A stretch of DNA of 64,000 nucleotides, from assembly GCA_022842645.1 (NCBI GenBank), contig JALHPE010000001.1, forward strand, positions 71,711-135,710, given 5' to 3'. Made by a program: the position numbers and the translations under genes. Shown here in pieces: positions 56,517-64,000 of this stretch; the first letter of the stretch is position 1, and every line of letters begins with the position of its first letter. The notes beneath the pieces were generated by a model. It had not been told where the DNA came from and did no database searches. It saw only the letters and a program-made list of their open reading frames with translations. Source of the stretch: Minisyncoccota bacterium (lineage in GTDB: Bacteria > Patescibacteriota > Minisyncoccia > Phycocordibacterales > UBA2100).

Positions 56517-59015
56517 TTATTCGCCCCAAACCTCGGCGATTTTGGATTTAATCTTTTCCTCAAACAACGCCACAATTGCTTTCGTAGCTTCAATTTGTTG
56601 CTGCTCTTCTTTGAGCTTCGCTATTACCTCGCGCTGGACTTCCAACGACGGTAACGGGATTTTGAAGCCCTTTACCTGGTCAGTGGTGAGATTCTTGAAC
56701 ACTGCGCCGATTGATAGCGAGTGGTTGACTACTTTCTGGTAGAACAGCACATAGTAGAAAAACTCTGGCAATATATCTTTTGAAAGTTCTCTGAACCCAA
56801 CCCAACCGTCGTGAATACACGCATCAACTTTTAGTATTGATGGTAAGCCAGGATTGCCGCTCACTGCCATTACCACTTCTCCTTTCTTCATTGGTCTACT
56901 CAACTTTGCGCCCTCTTCGGTGAGAAAATCTGTCTCTGGCATAACATACATTCCGTCTCTGGTTACATCGGAAATCATTAGGCGGGGAACTTTACCGCCA
57001 TAGTAACGAGAGTCTCCCTGGGGTCGTGGCGAACTACCGCGAACCAATTTACAGATACTATCTACATCAACGGTTTTCCAGCTCGCGTCAATCTTTATGA
57101 GGGGTTTGTAGTTGGTAACAATTTGCTTTGCACCATCAATAACTTTCTGATAATTACCCAGCTCTGTAACAAATTGCTCTTGTATCTCCAGGGGCGGGAG
57201 AGGAATGGAGAAAGAATAGAAACCATCAACTTTCAAATGCTTAACATTCGCTCCATTAGAAAAATTAACAATATAGTCTCGGTATTTCTTAGACCTTAAG
57301 AGATAGTAAAGGTAGGTCGTATTCAAACGGGAATCCTTTAAGACAATTCTTCCGAGGTCGGCGGAATGTGCTGCGCGTATGGATTCAGTAATAATTTTAG
57401 GTGCACCAATAATTTCCGAAGTTGGTGTTAGGTCAGTGAGAGCTATCAGAACATCTCCCGTCTTAACAAGAAATTTCTCTTTAACACCGCCAGTAAAATA
57501 CTTGAATCCGTGGTCAAATAAATCGCCATTTCTCTTAATAGATTTTAAGTTATAGAGAGGAACTCCCGCCTCTGTTTCGCTTATTTCTTTACTGGAGTAT
57601 GAAATACCGCGCTGAACCTCACATAACTCACCCAGCTTTACAACATCCCATCGTTGATTGCTTTGCAACGCGGCAACTTTATAGCTTTCTCCAGAGAGAT
57701 TGTAGTCTCCACTTGCTTCAATCTTCGACTTGGGCACTGCCCAGGCAAACAAGCTACCTTTCTTAACGAGAGAGTTTTTAGTACCTGCTTTAACGGCGGC
57801 GCGTTGTTCGTGCAAAACTTCTACGGCGTGAGGAAGGTCGTTTCTATCTACTGGTCTTCGCTGTGCTCCAAGTTCAAACCCATCATTGAGGACTTTCACA
57901 AATAATATTTCCTTTGATTGTTTTGCAATCTGATTATCAAAAAAGAGAATACTGGTTTTTACACCAGAGTAAGGACTAAAGACTCCAGCGGGTAAAGAAA
58001 CAACTGCATAAAGTCCGTCTTCAACAAGAATTTTACGAAGTTGTTTGTAGGCGTTTGATGCGGTGAAAATAATTCCCTCGGGCACGATGATACCCGCACG
58101 CCCCTTGTTGTTAAGATGCTCGGTAATGTAATCAACGAAAAGAACCTCGGAGCGGTTAGCATCTACTGTAAAACGCTTGTGTGGACGGATACCGCCCTTC
58201 GGGGTCATAAAAGGCGGATTCGCCATCATTACATCAAAGCGCTCATCCCATTTCTCTTCGCTCGTCAGGGTGTCATATTCGTGGATGTTTGGGCTTGGAA
58301 AGCCGTGCAGATACATATTCACCAGGGAGAGCTTCACCATATCTGGAGAAATGTCGTACCCCGAAAGGTTGCCCATTAAGCGCTTCTTTTCGTCGGGAGT
58401 TAGCGGCTTATTCTTGTTCGATTTGAGAATGTGTTTATAGGCTGAAATAAGAAAGCCTGCTGTGCCACACGCGGGGTCGAGTATCGTTTCGTCTTTCTTT
58501 GGGTCAACAACCTCAACAATAAAATCAATGATGTGTCGGGGTGTTCTAAATTGTCCCGCATCACCTTGAGAGCCGAGCACAGAAAGCAGATACTCAAACG
58601 CATCACCAAGATTCTCGCTATGGTCGTATGCAAAACTGTTTATCTCTTTCAAAAAGAGATTGAGTGTTTCGGGGTCGCGGTATGGCAAAAAAGCATCTTT
58701 GAAAATGTCGCGGAAGAGTTGCGGAAGATGCGGATTCTTCGACATCTTTGCAATGGCTTCAACATAGAGATTTAGACGCTCCTGTCCACCAAGCTTTGCA
58801 TCCATCATCTTGCCCCACGCATACTTTTCAAAACCATTCGTGAAAAACTGCGCCTTACCCTTTGGCAAAGAAGCCGCCTGCTTATCCATATCGTCCATAA
58901 ACTTGTAGATAAGAGCGGTGGTAATTTGCTCTACCTGCGCTTTTGGGTCAGGAACTTTACCAACCAAAATGTCCCGCGCCGAGTCAATCTTCTTTTTTAT
59001 TTCGGGGGTAAGCAT
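56517..59015 (-). CDS. hsdM: Type I RM methyltransferase fused to specificity subunit (HsdM-HsdS)
   Basis: GQFRTP, DPACGTAGFL, NPPF; two TRD-like units ending IPLPPLEIQ and IPLPSLEVQ. Confidence 0.93.
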   Translation of the reverse strand: MLTPEIKKKIDSARDILVGKVPDPKAQVEQITTALIYKFMDDMDKQAASLPKGKAQFFTNGFEKYAWGKMMDAKLGGQERLNLYVEAIAKMSKNPHLPQLFRDIFKDAFLPYRDPETLNLFLKEINSFAYDHSENLGDAFEYLLSVLGSQGDAGQFRTPRHIIDFIVEVVDPKKDETILDPACGTAGFLISAYKHILKSNKNKPLTPDEKKRLMGNLSGYDISPDMVKLSLVNMYLHGFPSPNIHEYDTLTSEEKWDERFDVMMANPPFMTPKGGIRPHKRFTVDANRSEVLFVDYITEHLNNKGRAGIIVPEGIIFTASNAYKQLRKILVEDGLYAVVSLPAGVFSPYSGVKTSILFFDNQIAKQSKEILFVKVLNDGFELGAQRRPVDRNDLPHAVEVLHEQRAAVKAGTKNSLVKKGSLFAWAVPKSKIEASGDYNLSGESYKVAALQSNQRWDVVKLGELCEVQRGISYSSKEISETEAGVPLYNLKSIKRNGDLFDHGFKYFTGGVKEKFLVKTGDVLIALTDLTPTSEIIGAPKIITESIRAAHSADLGRIVLKDSRLNTTYLYYLLRSKKYRDYIVNFSNGANVKHLKVDGFYSFSIPLPPLEIQEQFVTELGNYQKVIDGAKQIVTNYKPLIKIDASWKTVDVDSICKLVRGSSPRPQGDSRYYGGKVPRLMISDVTRDGMYVMPETDFLTEEGAKLSRPMKKGEVVMAVSGNPGLPSILKVDACIHDGWVGFRELSKDILPEFFYYVLFYQKVVNHSLSIGAVFKNLTTDQVKGFKIPLPSLEVQREVIAKLKEEQQQIEATKAIVALFEEKIKSKIAEVWGE

Positions 59016-59018
59016 AGA

Positions 59019-61535
59019 TTACATATAGGCGTTAAGAGACACATAGTCCTTCACATATTCAGGCACTTTCTCGACCCATCCGTTCACTGCTTCCAAGTCA
59101 GCCATATTGAGCTTTGGATTTGTTGCGAGACGGGTATATTCACCCTTTTCGATGATGTCTCGAATCTCGTTGTCGGTAATGTATGCCTTGAGGTAGTTCT
59201 TGATTGGCATTGCATACTGGCTTTCTGGCTTGTTGATGGCGACAAACTTTTCAAACTCGTCCTCAAGAAGTTCGTCTTTTGATTTGAAATTGGTTATGCC
59301 GCCGAAAGCTTTTTCAACAAACTCACGTAAGCTGATACGACGGTCAGCTTTTACAGACCTGCGCAATTTATCAAGACTGAAGAACTCATCTGGCTTGTCA
59401 AAAATCTCGTCCTTCACATAGTCTTCAATGGTTGCCAAATCACCCTCGGCATATTTCTGCTTGATGAATGGATTTTCTGTAATGGTCGTCTCAAACTTCT
59501 CAAAAAGCTTGCGGTCAATTTTCATACCCTCAACACCAACAGCTTTTTCTGAAAAGGTTTTGAGTGGGTCTGGCTGGGTAATTACGATTTCATCAATGTT
59601 GATACCGCCTCCATCCTCTCCGCCACCCGTGCCAGTTTTAGGCGGTAAGTGCAGAACCTCGTCGTAGTCATACTTTTCCTCGAAGTATTCGCAGTTAGCG
59701 AAGAAATCGAAGAGCTTGAATTTATCCTTTGGGATTCTAGCTTCTTGAACTTCACCTGCATCTTTTTCTTTATGCGCAAAAGTGAACTTGCGTGTGCCGC
59801 GCCCCTTTATCTGGATGAAGTCAGTTGGTGAGAAAATTGGACGCATCAAACACACATTGAGTATGTCTTCGCAGTCGTAACCAGTAGTCATCATCCCTAC
59901 CGTTACGCATACGCGAGTTTTGCTTGAGCGGTATCCCTCCAAGAACTTGGTGTGCCCGTTTAGATTGTTGTTTGCAAAATTTACAGTAAAGCTCTGTGCG
60001 TCAGGAATGTTTGAGCTAACCTGTACTGCAAAATCTGAATTGTATTTGCCTGGGTAGAGTTGGTCAGCAAACTGGTTGAGAATCTGCGTAACTTTTGAGG
60101 CGTGCTTCTGGCTCACGCAGAAAATTAAGCTCTTCCCAATTTCTCCAGTGATAGGGTCTTTAACGGCATTCTCAATAAATGTCTTGCAGAAAATCTGGTT
60201 GGTCTTATCGGAAAAGAACTTCCTCTCAAAGTCAGTGTGAAAGAATGACTGCTCTTCTTCTTTGCCGTTCTCATCCTCAATCATCATCGCGTAACCCTTC
60301 TCTGAAAGAAGCTCCGTAGTAATTTCAGTCCGAGCATCGGCAACGACTGGGTTCACTAAGTACCCATCTTTTACGCCATCAAGCAAGGTGTAGCGGAAGG
60401 TAGGCTCGCCAGTCTCACAGCCGAATGTTTTGTATGTGTCAAAAAGCTGGCGGCGTTCCCACGCACGAGGGTCTTTTGAGTTCAACTTTTCTGGGTCAAT
60501 GCCTTTGAGATAATTTCTCGGTGTTGCAGTGAGTCCAAGTTTGTAGCTCACGAAGTATTCAAAGACCGCTCGGCTGTTTCCACCGATTGAGCGGTGGGCT
60601 TCGTCAGAAATAATCAGGTCAAAGTCAGTTGGAGAAAAGAGCTTCTGATACTTGTTATTGAATGAGAGGCTTTGCACTGTTGAAACAACAATTTCTGCCT
60701 TGCGCCAATCATCCTTATTTTCCTTGTAGATGACTGTCGTGTAGTCCTTCGAGAGCCACTTCTTAAAGTTCTTATTCGCCTGGTCTTCAAGCTCCAAACG
60801 GTCAACAAGAAACAGCACACGCTTTGCGTTGCCTGTTTTCAGGAAAAGCTTGATAACTGCTGCGGATACGAGCGTCTTACCTGTGCCCGTAGCCATCTCA
60901 AACAGATAACGGTCATTGCCCTTACCTCCAGAGTCTTGCAGTGCTTTTATCGCTCGGAGCTGATACGGACGAAGGAATTTCAATGCCTCGGTATCAATAA
61001 GACCCTGGCGTTCTTTCTCATCAGCCCAGCGTGGGTCGCTGCGATAATCAGACTTTTGCGTAAGAACGATGTAGTCCTCATCAACCTGCTCATCCGCCAA
61101 TCGCTTTGGGTTAGGCTTGAATGCCTCAAAGTGCTGAAGAGAGGTCGGTGTAGGAAATTGGATAATGACAGTCGGATTGCCACGCTCTAAATCCCAGAAG
61201 TAGTGTAAGTTGCCGTTTGAGAGGATAATGAAGCGCACATTGAGCGATTGGGCGTACTTACGTGCCTGCTCTTTGCCATCGAGGGGGTCTTTGTCTTCTG
61301 ACTTGGCTTCGAGCACGACATACGGAAATCCCTTTTCATCGAGAAGAAGAAAATCTATGTAGCCGTTCTTTGTTTTTTCAAAGTCACTACCGAGCGCATC
61401 AACTTCTTTTTGGGTGAGTTTCGCATTCGTCTCAAGTGTGATGTTGGCTTTACCGTTGGCGTCATCAAAAAAGCGCCAGCCTGATTTCTGGAGTAAGTCG
61501 TTTATCTTTATTCGTGCCTTAGCTTCTTTTTGCAT
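59019..61535 (-). CDS. hsdR: Type I restriction subunit (EcoAI-like)
   Basis: D..LEAK nuclease, LRPYQ, MATGTGKT, DEAHR, LTATP, QIKGRGTR. Confidence 0.93.
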   Translation of the reverse strand: MQKEAKARIKINDLLQKSGWRFFDDANGKANITLETNAKLTQKEVDALGSDFEKTKNGYIDFLLLDEKGFPYVVLEAKSEDKDPLDGKEQARKYAQSLNVRFIILSNGNLHYFWDLERGNPTVIIQFPTPTSLQHFEAFKPNPKRLADEQVDEDYIVLTQKSDYRSDPRWADEKERQGLIDTEALKFLRPYQLRAIKALQDSGGKGNDRYLFEMATGTGKTLVSAAVIKLFLKTGNAKRVLFLVDRLELEDQANKNFKKWLSKDYTTVIYKENKDDWRKAEIVVSTVQSLSFNNKYQKLFSPTDFDLIISDEAHRSIGGNSRAVFEYFVSYKLGLTATPRNYLKGIDPEKLNSKDPRAWERRQLFDTYKTFGCETGEPTFRYTLLDGVKDGYLVNPVVADARTEITTELLSEKGYAMMIEDENGKEEEQSFFHTDFERKFFSDKTNQIFCKTFIENAVKDPITGEIGKSLIFCVSQKHASKVTQILNQFADQLYPGKYNSDFAVQVSSNIPDAQSFTVNFANNNLNGHTKFLEGYRSSKTRVCVTVGMMTTGYDCEDILNVCLMRPIFSPTDFIQIKGRGTRKFTFAHKEKDAGEVQEARIPKDKFKLFDFFANCEYFEEKYDYDEVLHLPPKTGTGGGEDGGGINIDEIVITQPDPLKTFSEKAVGVEGMKIDRKLFEKFETTITENPFIKQKYAEGDLATIEDYVKDEIFDKPDEFFSLDKLRRSVKADRRISLREFVEKAFGGITNFKSKDELLEDEFEKFVAINKPESQYAMPIKNYLKAYITDNEIRDIIEKGEYTRLATNPKLNMADLEAVNGWVEKVPEYVKDYVSLNAYM

Positions 61536-61566
61536 AGTACATTTTCATATTCATTGGGAGTTGGAC

Positions 61567-61758
61567 TTATCCCTTCTTTTTCTTACCCATCTTGAAACTA
61601 CTCTCAATAAAATTATCGAGGTCTTCCTGTCGGAATCTCCAATAACCTATTTTAGCGGCTTTAATACGCCCGTCGTGAAGGTAGCGAAACAGTGTACGCT
61701 CGCCTACATCCAGGTATTTCGCTGCCTGCTTCAAAGTTAAAAACTTCTCTTTCTGCAT
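61567..61758 (-). CDS. Excisionase-like HTH (HTH_17)
   Basis: LTLKQAAKYLDV..RTLFR....GRIKAAKIG.WRF. Confidence 0.9.
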   Translation of the reverse strand: MQKEKFLTLKQAAKYLDVGERTLFRYLHDGRIKAAKIGYWRFRQEDLDNFIESSFKMGKKKKG

Positions 61759-61847
61759 AATGTCTAATTTCTAAACTTCTACTCCCACAGTTTATCTCTT
61801 TTATTCGTATCTGGCAAGATTTGGCAACTTCTGCTAAAATGAATTTT

Positions 61848-62531
61848 ATGAGTATGGATATGAAAATGACACTCGAAGAGAAAGATTCCTTATTTGCTCG
61901 CATTATCAGCGAGCATCTTGCGACACAAAAAACTTCTCCAGTATATGTGCCCACGTCACACGTCGAGGCGAAGGGTTTTGATACATCTGATACCAACAAT
62001 GCACTTTGGAGACTCAAAGATAATGGTGCGATAAAGAAATACAGGCGATGCTGGGGCTTTTTTGAAGTTCAAAATGGCAAGAAGAAGTTTGTGATAACAA
62101 GTGCCAACGAGCAACAAACAGATGAGGACGCAGAGGTGTTTGAAGTTGAGGTTGTTCTAGGACGACTTGCACAGATGACTAAAAATAGAGGCGGGGTCTC
62201 AAAGACAAACGATGCGGTTGTTCTTCACCTCAACAAAAATGGTGATTTATTCAAAGAACCAAGAGAAAAGTTTTGTTATGAAATGATGGGTGCAAAAGTC
62301 CCTCTCAAGATTTTGAGATACTTTATTGATAATCCGAATACTGAATACGAGCAGTCCACAGAAGACATAGCATCAAGCATTGGAATGAAAGCTGAACAAC
62401 TCCGAAAAGACATTGGTGAAATGCGAAGAACTATCAAGAATAGGCTTAAGTTGCCACTAGAATTATTTGAAGGACGGCAAGGTAGTGGCTATCGGCTCAA
62501 TCCAAAGGTAGAAATCATACAAGAGAACTAG
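61848..62531 (+). CDS. Winged-helix DNA-binding protein
   Basis: C-terminal wHTH with GSGYRL wing; start 7 nt after TAAAAT. Confidence 0.7.
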   Translation: MSMDMKMTLEEKDSLFARIISEHLATQKTSPVYVPTSHVEAKGFDTSDTNNALWRLKDNGAIKKYRRCWGFFEVQNGKKKFVITSANEQQTDEDAEVFEVEVVLGRLAQMTKNRGGVSKTNDAVVLHLNKNGDLFKEPREKFCYEMMGAKVPLKILRYFIDNPNTEYEQSTEDIASSIGMKAEQLRKDIGEMRRTIKNRLKLPLELFEGRQGSGYRLNPKVEIIQEN

Positions 62532-62660
62532 ATACCTACAGCTACCCTGTAGGTACTGTCCATAACTTGAAGAGCGGCTGTGTAAACAGGCGCTTTTTCC
62601 GTTTCAAAAAGTATCTACCGATTATGTTCAGAGACGGCAGCACATTGCTAATTTTAAGCA

Positions 62661-62906
62661 ATGGAAGATGCAGAGAAAATCGGAGTAAGTGATTTGGGCT
62701 TGGCGTCCCTTTTGGCGACGCTTCAATTTCAGATGGTCGGTCTGGAGCGTGTGAACGAAAAACGCATCAACTTTCTGTTCACGCAAGTGGAGGGCATTGA
62801 GAAAGTAATCAATGATTATTGGGCTGGCGCTGAAATTTCAGTCCCAGTTCAGAGTCTCTTCTTTAACCAGAAGACACTCAAGAATCGTTTGTATGCCTTC
62901 AAATAA
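62661..62906 (+). CDS. DUF5659-like small protein
   Basis: SDLGLASLL, F.F, Y......V.....F...K.LKNRLY. Confidence 0.75.
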   Translation: MEDAEKIGVSDLGLASLLATLQFQMVGLERVNEKRINFLFTQVEGIEKVINDYWAGAEISVPVQSLFFNQKTLKNRLYAFK

Positions 62907-63062
62907 ATGAAACTTACCGATGAACAACTGCAAGCACTGCGAGCACCATTCGAGGAAGCTGGTGCATTTGTTGATTGTTCAGAAGAGGAGATAAAGAGTT
63001 TGCTGGAAGCGATTGCAGAGATTTACGTGACTCTCGCAAAAGAAAACCTACTCACAAAGTAA
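62907..63062 (+). CDS. 51-aa hypothetical protein
   Basis: Read manually: MKLTDEQLQALRAPFEEAG...; abuts both neighbours; below the ORF-track cutoff. Confidence 0.65.
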   Translation: MKLTDEQLQALRAPFEEAGAFVDCSEEEIKSLLEAIAEIYVTLAKENLLTK

Positions 63063-63067
63063 TAACT

Positions 63068-64000
63068 ATGCAAAATGAAAATCAAAACTTAATAGACGCG
63101 CTTCGATACTGCCAGTTGGGATTCTCGGTGATACCAGTGAACTTTCAGAGCAAGGTGCCCCTTGTGAACTGGCGGGAATACCAAAGCAAGCGTGCTTCAA
63201 GTGAACAGATTGAATACTGGTTTAAGAATCCAGAGGTCAATGTGGGCATTGTTACAGGCGTCATCTCTGGAATTGTAATTGTAGATATTGATACTAAAGA
63301 GAAAATCGGCAGACCATTACCTCCAACCGCAACAACTCGCACGGGTGGTGGTGGCTCACATTTTGTATATAGACATCCTGGGATTCCAGTAAAGACTGTT
63401 GCTGGACTACTCCCTGGGGTTGATATAAGAGGTGACGGAGGATATGCGGTGTTTCCACCATCAACGCACCAAAACGGTAACAAGTACGAATGGATAATAC
63501 CGCCAGAGGACGGAATTACTGAACTGCCAGAATGGGTACTTGAGGAACTGTCCAAAAAGCCACCTCAAAACACAGGAAAGATACCCGAAGGCGCAAGAAA
63601 CTCTGCTGCAACACAGGTTGCTGGCAGGTTGCTTAGCGGTGCCCTCACAGAAGAACTCTCGGCGCTTGCTTGGGAAACTATGAAGCAGTGGAATGAGGAG
63701 AAGTGTGAGCCACGCCTGCCAGACAAAGAACTACGCGCAACCTTTGAGAGCATCTTTAGGCGTGAATCAACTAAGCGAGCGACAGAAAAATCTCACTACG
63801 AGTTGCAGACCATCACGCTATCGGAATTGGCTGCAATGGAGTTTTCAGCTCCAAGATGGCTGGTAGATAAACTCATACCACACGAGTCTGTGACTATCAT
63901 TTCTGGAGCACCCGCATCGTACAAGACGTTCATTACGCTCGATATTGCACTCAAGGTGTCTCGTGGGGAAAAATTGTTCGGCGAGTTTGAAACGAGCAAA
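63068..64000 (+). CDS. Bifunctional primase-polymerase + PriCT + RepA/AAA_25 helicase (3' truncated)
   Basis: Read manually: GFSVIP, NVGIVTG, IVDID, RTGGGGSH, DIRGDGGY..FPPS; EGARN; WLVDKLIP..GAPASYKT. Confidence 0.9.
   Translation, partial: MQNENQNLIDALRYCQLGFSVIPVNFQSKVPLVNWREYQSKRASSEQIEYWFKNPEVNVGIVTGVISGIVIVDIDTKEKIGRPLPPTATTRTGGGGSHFVYRHPGIPVKTVAGLLPGVDIRGDGGYAVFPPSTHQNGNKYEWIIPPEDGITELPEWVLEELSKKPPQNTGKIPEGARNSAATQVAGRLLSGALTEELSALAWETMKQWNEEKCEPRLPDKELRATFESIFRRESTKRATEKSHYELQTITLSELAAMEFSAPRWLVDKLIPHESVTIISGAPASYKTFITLDIALKVSRGEKLFGEFETSK

Larger units (their letters stand above)
53062..64000. mobile_element. Integrated element (satellite/IME-like), right end outside the window
   Basis: AT-richer composition, tRNA remnant at the border, RM cargo, Xis-like HTH, DUF5659-like gene, Prim-Pol replicase. 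Confidence 0.8.

Noticed and set aside
1-64000. CRISPR array, rRNA or complete tRNA
   Set aside because: No regularly spaced repeat-spacer series and no full cloverleaf seen; the repeats found are isolated palindromes

Overview
This looks like a gene-dense bacterial chromosome segment in genetic code 11, most likely from a CPR/Patescibacteria (Parcubacteria-like) genome. That taxonomy is inferred from gene content and promoter style, not from a search. Bases 1-52956 hold host and accessory genes: uppP, a ccdA/thioredoxin redox cluster, gdhA, a GT2/GH18/deacetylase/nucleotide-sugar polysaccharide locus, tgt plus a VUT transporter, guaB, ABC systems, photolyase, a DEAD-box helicase, typA, a copper-related cluster, glmS and an unusual S41 peptidase. 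From about 53060 to the end lies a visibly more AT-rich integrated element. It begins at a tRNA 3'-end remnant and carries a type I restriction-modification operon (HsdR plus fused HsdM-HsdS) coupled to a small protein and a Rad50/RloC-like ATPase with a HEPN-type motif. A Xis-like HTH gene and a Prim-Pol/helicase replication gene follow. Other notable features: pervasive leaderless promoters (-10 box 5-7 nt before the start codon), two REP-like palindrome families, a 111-bp MITE, a three-gene cassette bracketed by a duplicated 32-bp promoter, and a candidate Val/Leu leader-peptide attenuator. I saw no rRNA, intact tRNA or CRISPR array. All family assignments come from motif recognition by eye.
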